From: Cercozoa sp. M6MM
Taxonomy: Eukaryota; Protista; Endomyxa: Ascetosporea
Length of the DNA stretch: 64,000 bases
Assembly: GCA_040357565.1 (NCBI GenBank)
Contig: JBDODJ010000001.1
Direction: 5' to 3' (one strand)
A model generated the notes under the pieces. The model searched no databases and was not told the origin of the DNA. It saw nothing but the letters and a program-made list of their open reading frames with translations. Made by a program: the position numbers and the translations under genes. Below are positions 51,167 through 62,625 of this stretch, piece after piece; the stretch's first letter is position 1; the number at the start of each line of letters is the position of its first letter.

Positions 51167-52689
51167 GACTGGGTACCGACAGGTTGCGCTCGGGTTCGAG
51201 GGCCTGCGTCATGTCGCTCAGTCGCTGTGTCCTGCCAACATACAACATCAAGCACCATAGGGTGGGGACAGGAGAGGGTAAGGTATGCCAACTCACATGT
51301 CCGGCAACGGCGCATGACACTCGCCCAGAAAGGTCACGAACAGCGCCAGCATCTCGCGCTGCATCTCCAAGCGATCTACAGGAGGAGTAACAGGGGGTGG
51401 GGGGGGGGGGGGTAAAGGGGTAAGAGTACCCAACTCGAGTTGTTCCAACTCGCGAGCCATCAGCGGAAACGCCGAGTCGAATGCCTCGCGTTGCAGCGCG
51501 TTCACCTCGCGGCACTGCAAGCAGCCACCGGTTAACTCAACTGGACTAAACTCTTGCCCAAAGTGGATGATGTTTCTACCTGCTCCTCGAGTTTCTCGAA
51601 CTCTTTCGCGCAGGAGGACTGTGTCAATCACACACATGCGCGTTGCATCAGTAGGTTGTTGCAAAGCAGTCGCACCTGCTTGGACTGCAGCGCCTTCTCG
51701 GCAGAAGCGACCTGACCATGAACGATGATATCAACAGTTGAGGCAGACAGAGGCAGGTGATGTGTTATACCTTGGGATCGCCAGAGGCCTGCTTCTCTTG
51801 GAAGTTGCGCTTGGCCTGTCAGACAACACCTTGCCTTAGAGTCAGGGGGAGTATGATACGCGGCTACCTCCTTGAGTGCCTCCCAGGTCTTGGACGCCGA
51901 CGCACGCAGTTTCTCGAGTTGCGACACCGAGGTGGCAATCTTGTCGCTGCAAGTACACGCGCCAATGTACAGTAAACTACACACCCGCAAGGTACAGACA
52001 CAGACACACCTGTGTTTCTTAAAGTCACTTGCGATAGTCTTGCGGCGTTTCTCGCCTTCTTCGTGAAACTTGTACATTGGCTACAAGCACATACATAATA
52101 CTACAATAAGTCTCTGTCGTTGGGGAACAACATACATCGACGACCTGCGCCAGCACGTTGTCGGTGAAGGTGGTGCGCTTGACGTACATGTCCATGAGCT
52201 GCTGCTCGAGTAGACACGCGCCCTGCAGGAAGGCTTGCACCTGGTCGGGCTGCTCTTCCTCCTGCGTCTTGGTCAGACGCTTCGTCAAGATCTGCCACAG
52301 CCCATGAGACAAAGAGATCTCACTAGACGTCTTGAGAAACTCCTTGAGCGAAGTACCTTGGTGATCTCCTTGTTGTTTTGACGCTCGGCATGACACACCT
52401 TCTTGAGGTACGACGCCAGTGAACGCAGCGACCGCAGACCAGCTTCGCTTTGGCCGAACAGTTCCTGCATCTGGTGATGCAGTCGCTGCGACACGGCTGA
52501 TGACAGGCACATTGAGAGTTTAGTGGGAGTACAGCTGGCGACACGCACAATGACAGGGTCTAATAGAAATACCGCCGCTGGCCTGCAGCGCACGTGTCGG
52601 ATAATGGCGCTCTTCCTTTTTCGCTGCACAAGAACCAATCAACTGACAGCAAGAGGAGGCACATACATCGTACATAAACGTTGGCCCAT
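49456..52689 (-). CDS. F-BAR-domain protein with proline-rich C-terminus
   Basis: MGQRLSKK start; QSEAGLRSLRSLASYLKKVCHAERQNNKEITK and coiled-coil helices; C-terminal PPVPPRGMPRPP, PIPPRAPPTRPPVPSR, TPPPPRR*. Confidence 0.7.
50550..51165 (+). repeat. Intronic repeats: (CA)n ~50550-50680, (GGGTAAA)n ~50808-50860, (AAC)n ~51121-51165
   Basis: Visible simple repeats within F-BAR gene introns. Confidence 0.9.
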
Positions 52690-52922
52690 TCAAGCACCCC
52701 ACAGACCAAATCAACGAAGCAACACGTGGTCGCAAACCTCACAGTCGACAAAACTCCGAAAGCCCTTTGTGCATGGGTAACAGCAGAAATACAAGAACTC
52801 TTAAAACACAAGCTGATGTTTTGTTCGATCGGCGGAGAGTTGTGACAGAGAGTCGTCTAGGTGTCCGTCCAACCCAAAAGAAATGACCAAAGAGTGCAAC
52901 CACTGCCGTTTTCCTCTAAAAC

Positions 52923-53433
52923 ATGTGCAGAGTGCATCCTACATTTTTTGAAGAGGCCCATCATTGGTGTGCCTTTTGCGCACTAGTGTGTCGCTGCACA
53001 AGCACCCGAAAACGTTGGTCGCTCTTGTGCACGCGGCAACAGCTGCACCGGCTCACTGAGTCCAGAGTCGATCCGGATTGGAAAAGAGTAACGGCGTGTC
53101 GGGAAGTACACAGTAGCAGTACGTTCCGTTCAGTTCTGTGACAGGAACAACGATAATTCACGTGAACAGCTCAGCTCACTAGCGACCAGGCGAGGAATTA
53201 TTGATTTGGAGGGACTCGCTCGGGATTCGAACCTCCCCAAACTGCAAGAAATAATTTCCTTCGATTATCGACAACAATCGTCAGTCGACGTTCGTGCATG
53301 TGTGTGTTTGTGTGTGTGTGTGTGTCACAGTGTGTTGTGTGTGTATGAGTGTCTGATCAAGAACCGGAGAAATCACTCGGCGGCGAAGAGACCAACTCCA
53401 GCCAGCGGATCGGTGCCAGTGACACGCCAGTGA
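52923..53433 (+). CDS. Putative small spliced gene (hypothetical)
   Basis: Three exons join in frame via phase-0 GT-AG introns, one of them UG-rich in + orientation; ends TGA 53433. Confidence 0.35.
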
Positions 53434-54076
53434 ACGGCGCGGCCTGAGGACACGTTGAAACATTGCAAATTTCTTGTTGACAGAGGGAGCACAACACAAG
53501 GCGAAATACCAAGCTGGTAGGCGCCCGTTAGACCAACGAAAATGTTGCAGACACCCAAGGACACATTGACCGGGATGATCTGCCAGCAGTATCTGTGCCA
53601 ACACCGCGTTTGATCAGTTACACATTAAACTTAACCTCCTAGCAGGGCAGTAGTGACACAAATAGTGCGTACCGCGCCCAGATGAAACCAGTCGTGCTGA
53701 GAGCCAGCGACATTGGCACGCTAATGTGCTCGGCCGGTCGGCTCATGTCTGAGATCCCGGCCATCACGAGGCCCCACTTGAAGATACTGCACCAGAAATG
53801 GACTGCACGCACAAACAATACCAACACATAGACTCAACTGAAGAATCAGTAAGCGTCAGTGCGCAAGAGAGAGAGAGAGAGAGAGAGAGGCTACTTGTGA
53901 GAGGTCCGGCCGGGTGCAACAGCACCGCTCGCTGCTTCTCCGACAGGAACGTTGACCGCTCCTGCGATCGATGATTCCCAGTGGTATAAGCCCGCCAACT
54001 CGACGATCATAAACTAAGATACCACGGCGGGTCTGAAGACACGCTGCACGAGGTGTGGGTTCAGCTTGCTCAGCAT
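53373..54076 (-). CDS. MPC2: Mitochondrial pyruvate carrier (MPC2/BRP44-like)
   Basis: LHPAGPLTIHFWCSIFKWGLVMAGISDMSRPAEHIS..TGFIWARYCWQIIPVN..CNIFVGLTGAYQLGR. Confidence 0.93.
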
Positions 54077-54474
54077 CAGCTATGATGAACACACTCGCAC
54101 ATTTTGCACACATACTTGTGAGTTGATCATGTTGTGCGGGCTCACAGTCTCGAGCTACTGTCGAGTTCACGCCACCAACAGTGCGCCTGGACGCAATACA
54201 CACTTTGAAACACACTAAAGCAGGGCGACGGGCCTGCGAAAGATCCGACTCACGGATGAGTCCATATGATTCCACCGTGTTGTTTTCTGAAACGAGAGCT
54301 GCACATTAGATTCAACGCGAGCACGCGCGTGTTCTAGTGCTTGAGTTATTTATCGTCCAGCATAGGCTTTGGTGCAGAGGGCGGCGAAACGAACTCTCGA
54401 TCAGCGAGCAAGTTGGCGACGGTCTTTGGTTCGGTTTGTGGGATTGATTGACGGCTTGGTGCGCTCAGACAAAC

Positions 54475-56244
54475 ATGGTGTGGTGGACTTCGACGAGGAT
54501 GAACCGTGCCGTCGGTCTGGATATGAACCACGACTTTGACCCGGACAAGGATCCGGAGCAGCGCACGGACGAGGAGAAGCTTCTGATTCGGCACATTGTG
54601 AAGGTAGATCTTCTTGCGTGTGCCTTCTGTGAACTTAAGTGGCAGTGCCTGTGAGTAGGGCCGTGTGATCTGGACGGAGTTCATTCCGTTCGACTTCCTG
54701 ATCTACCTGGCCAACAATCACGCGCTGCTGGGCTGCTGGTTCGCACACCGCGCGCACCCGTTCTCGCGCAAGGAGCGCGGCGTCGTGCTGTTCTGCTCGC
54801 TGTTCCTGTCGTTCGCGATCGCCGTGTACTCGTACCGATTAGGCAGCGATGACAACTCGACGGCACTGCTGTACGCCATGCTGTTCTCGGCGGCCACGAT
54901 GTTCTACTCGTCGGCCATGAAGTTCTTCGCGTCGTGTCCCTGCGTGCAGAGCACCGAGTACGAGAATCGCGTCGAGACGGCTGGCTACGGATTCATGGTG
55001 GTCGGTGCCGTTCTCTCGATGACGCTGCTCGGCCTGTCGATCTGGAAGTTCCCGTCCAAGGTAGATCAACTCTATGCCCACACTACACTGGTGTTGATGC
55101 TGATGGTCGTGACAGGATGGTGTCAAGTTCGGTGAGTTCGTCGGCAACTTTGCCCTGACGACGGTGGCCTCGTGGGTCTACGGCATCATTATCGGCTTTG
55201 TGCTCTTCCTGCTGTTCCGCTGGCGCAACCTGCGTCGCCGTCGCCGCGAGGAGGACGTCACGGGCGGCTCGGACTACTACGGCGCGCAGGCCAACGCCGG
55301 CATCCGCGCGGACTCGTACTACTGCCATGTGGGGTTATGTGATGGGTCACCTATCATTGCGTGTCTTTTGTGGGTGTAGTGTTGTCAAGCAGCACGATGA
55401 TTTGGAAGGCGATGACATCGAGATGAACGACGATATCGTGATGGCTGCCGAGCCTGTCGCCCAGCCGCAACCTGTCCAGCCGCAACCTGTCCAACCACAA
55501 CCTGTCCAGCAGCCCATGCAACAGGTACACCCTCCTGCACGTCCTCATGTATATTATCCATGACATGATGTAGCCACTGCAGCAGGATGCAGTCACGGCG
55601 ATCTCGCAGGGCAGCATGATGCCGGTATCTCTGACGCTGCGGTCGGCACACGGCAAGTTCGTGTGCGTCGAGTCGTCAGGCCAGGCCGTGGCCAACCGTG
55701 ACCAGGCGCAGGCGTGGGAGCAGCTCACTGTCACTCCCATCGGCAACGGTCTCGTCACTCTCCGCTCCGTGCATGGCAAGTATGCCTGCTGCGAGGACAG
55801 CGGCCGCTTCGGTACCGCCTGTACCTGTCTGTATGTTCTCATTGTGTATCTCTCTGGTTTCGGGGTTGCGCAGTGGTGGACCGCGACGCTGCTCAAGGCT
55901 GGGAGCACTTCCGTCTGCACGTCGCTCAGTCCAACATGGTGGCATTGCAGTCGGCCGCACACGGCACCTTCCTGTCGGCGCAGCAGGATGGCTCACTCAT
56001 GTGCGATCGCACAGAGGCGCAAGGCTGGGAGTACTTCCGCTACGCCATTGTGCAGCAACAACAGCAGCTGGCGGCGCCAATGCAATACCAGCCCATGCAA
56101 CAACAACAGGCTGCGCCAATGCAATATCAGTATCAGCAGCCCATGCAACAACAACCGATGCAGCAGCCCATGCAAATGCAGCCGCAGGGTGCCTACAACC
56201 CATACCAGCAACAACAACAGCCCGGCTCGCAGCAGTACTACTGA
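54475..56244 (+). CDS. Multi-pass membrane protein with fascin-like beta-trefoil and Gln/Pro-rich tail
   Basis: About 4 hydrophobic helices; three repeats LRSAHGKFVCVE..ANRDQAQAWEQL / LRSVHGKYACCE..DRDAAQGWEHF / LQSAAHGTFLSAQ..DRTEAQGWEYF. Confidence 0.8.
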
Positions 56245-56429
56245 AGCGAACTGAAAACAATCAAATTCAACTGGGGAGGGGGGTCGCTCGGCTGCCTCTG
56301 ATCCGATCATGGAAAAACTTGGCGGCGACGGAAGAATTGACATGACCGGCCGTTAGTTTAACGCGACGTAATCGAACGTAACACGACAGCGCAGTAATTA
56401 TGTAGAAATATGACTCCTTTAAGCCGGCA

Positions 56430-56550
56430 ATTACGGATGAATTACGTCAAGATTATGCATGAATTACGTCAAGATTACGATAAATCACGCACCGATTTTG
56501 CGCACATTACGCACCGATTACGCGCACATAACGCACCGATTACGCAATCT
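56430..56550. repeat. Degenerate tandem repeats rich in ATTACG
   Basis: atgaattacgtcaagatta x2, then acgcaccgatt-containing ~21-bp units x3. Confidence 0.8.
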
Positions 56551-56669
56551 GCAGCAGCCAGCTGTACACAACACGGACCAATATTGCAAGACTCAGCAGG
56601 CTACGATACGAAAATACTACTCGTGGATGCGATGTCTACTACCGTAGGTAGCTGAAGCGCCGTATCCAC

Positions 56670-57676
56670 TCAGCCTTCCGACTCGGGGAAACTTGCAGTG
56701 ACTCCCCAGCCATATATGTTGGCTTCGCGTAATCCTTTCATGGTCGATGTACACGTGAGCGAGCGCGGATAGAAGCAGTACTTGTCGCGAAGCAAGCAAC
56801 GCACGCGAGAGGCGACCTCTTGTGCGACACGGGTGTCCTCGTGTGGAAAGCCGGCAGGAGCCGTCGTCGAATGCGCCGTCTTGCCGCGAAGTGTGTACAC
56901 AGTCAAAGGGAAGAACAAATGCACCTTTTTCAAAGCGCGTGGTTGATTCTCCAAGATTCGCTTCGAAAGCTCTGCCACGATAGAAGCTGCGATCAACTGG
57001 GCAAAACTCTCTTGGACAGAGCTTCTGTCCAGGACGAAACCATTATAGTGTGCATGGTAGTGATGGTACAGTACGTAGCAGCAACAAGCCTACAACGCGC
57101 ATCTGAACTCACCTGTCGTAGGAAATCACAGAGGGTGACTGTAAGATCGGAGTGACACACACGCGGTCCGCGAAGGGAGCTGCACCGCAGAGATACTGCA
57201 AATCCAGTTGAATCTTCTCGGCTCCGTGTTTTGAGATCACCGCCAACGGCAAAAACAGAACGACGTGCGAGGTGTCGGTCGGATCAAACATGCGAGACTT
57301 GTTGTCCTTACTCAAGAATTCTCGCAATCTGTACCGTACTTGCCACATTTGTCAATTGCGAATGTACAGTTTTTAAGCTCGGTACAGTTCAAGAGGGACG
57401 GGCCGCGCGAGCTTCAGCAACTCCATGCTGGGGTCGGACTGGTACTGTGCGCCAAAAACAGTCGCTCCCAACTTGGACGGGTCTACCAGCTGCAGAACAA
57501 AGCCCAACTGCATATAAACCCAACACGCCACGGTACACACGAAGCTCAAATACCTCTCTGCGAGGCAGCCACTTCTGCGCTATCATGTCGTCTGGAAGTT
57601 GCAAAGCCACGTAATTTTCGAAGCTGTCCTCTTGTGCGTCCAAAGACGTCACGTCGAGGTCGTCCGAAGGTTCCAT
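56670..57676 (-). CDS. Hypothetical protein
   Basis: Exon chain from MEPSDDLDVTSLDAQEDSFENYVALQLP to ...IYGWGVTASFPESEG*; no family recognised. Confidence 0.5.
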
Positions 57677-58414
57677 GCTTCTCACCCGACTGCAGCGTCC
57701 GCGCTCAAAGCGACAGCTTAGCCAGGCAGGCGCCGTGAAACTGCCCGACTGAGTTGCGGTTCGCGTGAACCGGAACGTGCAAATTAAAACCAACCTTAAT
57801 CCGGAAAACACGAAATTCAGTTTCTTCTGCAAAGGCGCCTCTGGGTTGTCGTTCGGCCGACACCCTGCGAGGTGTCTGTGCCGGATGTTACGTGACACTC
57901 ATTGTAACGCGTCGGTTCGAGCAGGGTTTTGCATCGATCGGGGGAAATCCTGGCTACAGGTTTTCGCATTTTCACATGGACTGGGCGCGAACTGAAAACT
58001 AAGTTTTACTGTACTGGGAATCGAAATGAAAAAATCGTCCTACCAAGTCATCCTCTAACTCAAACATTACTTCTATCGACGCGACACATATCGGTACGTG
58101 CACGTGAATGCTAGTGGATGGGAAAGCATATATGGGGATGACGGTTACTCTCTCTGGGCTGCCTGTGTAGCCGGTGGAACGTCACGTGTTCGGCACCTCG
58201 CTCACGCACGTACACCCGCTCTCAGTCACACCCATATATATATAATATATATCGACATGCAATATGAAGCCAGACAACTGCCACTTTTCGTTTCACGTTA
58301 GCGCGGCACAAATTACATTGATTGATTGCAAGCGCCAAGAGCCGAAAAGGAAATAACACTAAGCTGTGCATCGTTTCCACCCTCGCGCCGGGCCGATCAA
58401 TTGGCATCGTCACG

Positions 58415-60665
58415 TCAGTGAGCATTCGTTCTGTCAGTGCCAGCGCCCGAATTGGCGTTTTCGAGAAGCGATCGCACATGTTTGATAACTTTTGAGGAGA
58501 CGCAGTTGCGCAGCACGAAGTCGGCGACACTAAGCACAGACACACACACGCACACGCACCATAGGGAGCCACAAATACTACCAGAAAAGCAATCGTGCCT
58601 GAGCGTGCTATCGCAGGTGTCATCGTGCAAACGAGCCTGCACGTCGCACGCGCACTGTAACAGCAGCAAGCACACGCGCTCGGCATTGGCGGAGGAGCGC
58701 ACGCATGCGTGGCACAGCATCGGTGCATTCAATGGCACAAAGTCGTCGCTCTCAGTGTCATCGCCCTGCTCATATTTTGTGAGGTGATGAACCAATAATG
58801 TCTAAACTGCGAGAGTGCTATGTGTATGCGTACATCACATAGTGGCACGCGATTAACGTCGGCGCCGTACTCGAGCAGCAAGGACACGAGTGCACTGTCA
58901 CAGTTCTGTCTTACGGCATTGTACAGCGGTGTCTCTCCTGTACAACGATACAAGACACGACTTTGTTTTAGATGCCCAGAAGTACCACTTTCCGTGTCGA
59001 CGAAATCGACACACGCGCCGTGGTGCAACAAAGCACGCGCGAATTTCGCATCGTTGTTTTGCACGGATTCCCACAGTCTGCAGTAAAGATAATAAGTCCA
59101 AAGTCACGTTAAAACCACAATACACAGAGAGGCAACATACGCTGTGTTCAAGCATCGCAGTGCGAGTGACTCGAGCGACTCTGTCGCTTCGTCGTATTCC
59201 TCGCCAGCGTCGTGACACCTATACAAGCAAGTGTTTGCATAGAGATAATATGAGAAGGTAAAGGAAACACCTAGCAAATCGAATCAGTGATGGTCGTGTC
59301 TCCAGAACAGTGGCAGGCATGACATTCGGCAGTCCACCGTGAGATAACAGATGCCGCACCGCCGCCACATTCGACTAAACGTGCCACTCGCTCTGTATAC
59401 CCCATCTTATCCAAAGACACGAGCTACTTGAACAAGTGCTTGGTCGAGTGCACTATCGATGTTGTTGCACACGTTGGCATTCGCGTTGTGCTGCAAGAGC
59501 AGGCGACACACTTCAGCGTCCGGGTCGATGTCATCCATGTCTGTAAGTGGACACATTCACTACCCTAGATTGTTCACACTTGTGGTACCCAGCGACAGCA
59601 GCAGCGCGAATCGACCGTCACTTGTGCGCGCATTCGCGTCGGCACCAGTCTCTAGCAGTTCTCTGTACCGGAATACATATACGTATATATATATATATAT
59701 ATGCATATATTTATAAAGACATCTAGAGAGATATGAATAATTCGGTCTTACCTAACAGTGCTAAGCAGAGTCGGTAGGTTCCGACGCCGTTTTTTCTGCA
59801 ACAAATCCAGCAACTGATCGCTTTGCGTCTTCAGCGAGAGTGCACGCCGCCGCATGTCGCTGATACTACCGCTGTCTTGTCTCTCCTGTAGTTGACAAAA
59901 ACGCGTCAGGCAACCATATGAACACCAGACATGCTCAGTGTCACCTTCAATCGCCGCCGACCGTATCGAGCGAATGTCTTTCTCGGTGCTGACTTGGCGG
60001 TGCACGTGCTAGTTTCGCTCGCTGTTTCGCTGGCCGAATCTATCTTGCTTGCTGCTATAGCGGAAGTACATGTACAGTCAGTGAGACAGGAAGAAAGCCA
60101 AAGCACCAGGTTTGAAGGTGCGACGACGCTTAGCAACAGGCGAGCTGGCACGCGAGCTGGCACGCGAGCTGGCATGCGAGCTGGCAGGGGACTTTCGCAC
60201 TCTACTTTTTGCAGCGACCGGAGAACTGAGCTTCGACGAAGGTTTGGATGTCTCCGGACGCGTCGACTTGGCTGGCGTGTGTAGGCGGAACTTCGGAGGT
60301 GATTGGCATACTGGCAGCAGTGCGGTATCGCTCTGTTGCCCCCCGCAGATCAACCGATACAAACACGACTTGGGAACTACCGTACGAACAAGCGCTACCT
60401 CAAAAATAGAGGCAAGCTCACGCCGAGAACGGTCTTTCTTGATCTCTTCTTCAGTCATCTGGGATGAAAGGAGCAATTTATAAAAGCGTCGCACTGGAGT
60501 GGCAAGCTGCACATACTTCTTTCTCGATTGACTGTCCAAACCGTTTCTCCACTAACGCTTTCCGTGCCTATAGAACAGTACCTTTGCATGTAGTTCAGTA
60601 CCCTTGTACTTAGTTTAGGAAGCGATATCTGCACGCACAGACTCGGTGGCAAAGCGCGTCTCCAT
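58415..60665 (-). CDS. Ankyrin-repeat protein with basic Ser-rich N-terminus
   Basis: ELLETGADANAR, CRLLLQHNANANV, ALLHHGACVDF..GETPLYNAVRQN..LLLEYGADVN; the start is tentative. Confidence 0.75.
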
Positions 60666-60952
60666 GCGACTCAAATGATCGCTCGGATTCAGTTTCGGCG
60701 ACGCTGCTCACGCCAAAGTGACGACAGTGTTTGACTCAGTATAAAAAGAAAAGCACCGATGTCAGCAAACGTTGTCTTTGGCATCGCGATCGGGGTCACC
60801 GTGCCTGCGTTTTGGAGCACAAAATCGATATTGTTTTCACGATCCGAGCCGCAAGGGAACTGCCAACCAACCGTTGTATCGCCGATCACGTTTTTTCCGA
60901 CTGAATCCACGCACCATACGCTCCGTGACACTAACACACTTGTTTTAGGCCA

Positions 60953-62532
60953 ATGGTGCTTCCTTTTCTGTACCGAAAGGGATACTTTTATTCATTTTTC
61001 GTGCTGCACCGGCACTCTCTATTCGTTGATCGTGTCCATATCTCGCGTTTGTCGTATCCCAGGCGGGCTAAACACAAATTCTTGTGTTTTGAAACACGAG
61101 AAGGCTGGTGTGCATCCCTGGTTGGCAAATCAATCTCATTTTTTTGACCACCGCGAAACGATCTTCGATCGCTCGTTTTGAGAACCAAAAGGAGTTTTCA
61201 CACCCGGCAGACATCGTTGGCGCTAATTGTGCGCCCCAACTTTGTGTGTGCTGTGAGCCATCCCATTTGTTCGTCCTTGCAAAATTCGCAAGAGCAATCA
61301 CAAAAGTGAACGGATTCCTCGAACAAGCAGGCCGATGACGGCCGACCTCCCGACTCGTCGCCTTCTCCGGCACTGCGTCGACAACTTGGTACTAGGTGCC
61401 GTAAATCCTTGTCTTTCGTGTATCGTGCTTTTGCAGCTGGACCGTGAGCATGTACGGTTCGTGCTTCGCCGCTTCGATCCGCGCCCATCGTGCTGCGACA
61501 CCTTACATGGCTCTGAGATTGTTATCGAAGGTACCTACTTGTGATGCACTGTGTACGACCTCACCGTGACTGTTTCTGCAGACAAAGACGGTCGACTGGC
61601 ACTGCTCCGCTCGCACCTGGCTGAAGCTGCACTTCAGAGCAAAACAGCTGCAGCCTTGCTCATTGAGGTAATTGAATCAAACTGACTTCGTTCCCGATCC
61701 CTCACATTAAACGACGTTGGTAGGTGTTTTTCGGAGCGATGGCGAGTGAGTCTCGAGAACGGTATCCTGTAGCCGGTTTAAATAGTTTTTATAATCATTG
61801 TCTGTTTTGCGCAGCAAGATGTCTTCGCAGCACCGCGACTCGCTGAAGCCCGCTGCTGTTGGTGTGTTAAAGAAACCACTCACACAACACACTCTAGTAC
61901 TTGTCTGTGCTTGGTGCAGCGCCGAGCTCGGTTCCCGCAGCCCCTGCTCGTGTCAGTGTCAATGCCAGCGAGAACGTGCCCGTGTCTGCCGAGACACATG
62001 ACGACTCTTCTTCCGACGGTACTCCCCCGTACCAAAATATGCTGAAAAGTAACCTCACTTGTTCGAACAGAGGAAAGCATTTCGAAGCAGTCGGACTGCG
62101 ACGCCGACAGCGATGGTGAGCTGTATGACCGACCCGATCTCACCATGGATAGTGACGACAGCGATAGCGACAACGACGAAGTTATATCGTCGCATCGCGA
62201 TATGCTGATGCTCGTACTCTCTGCTTTTGTCGCAGTACTATTTCATTATTGTGACAATGCAGGAGGACTACTACGGCATGTCGACGCTGCACCGCAAGTT
62301 TGCCGCACTCCGCCTGCACATGGCAGACGACTGCAAGTATGCGCTCGTGTGTGCCGAGCTTGTACCCTTGCCTACTTGCTTTTACGCACTGTGTGATATC
62401 TGTATGCGTGTATATGTGTGGTGTTTACGTGTGTGGGTGTATATTTTCAGTGCCTGGCACCGCTCGCCAGTGACACAGCTGTCATGCAACGTGCGATAAT
62501 TCCAGTGTCTCTCGCGCAGGTGCTTCCTTTCA

Positions 62533-62625
<93 letters not shown>

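Noticed and set aside
56430-56550. CRISPR array
   Set aside because: Eukaryotic context, repeats are adjacent without unique spacers, and there are no cas genes.
60078-60300. CENP-A/histone H3 gene
   Set aside because: The KRRRTFKPG resemblance stops at a splice donor and no histone fold follows; the downstream exons are ankyrin repeats.
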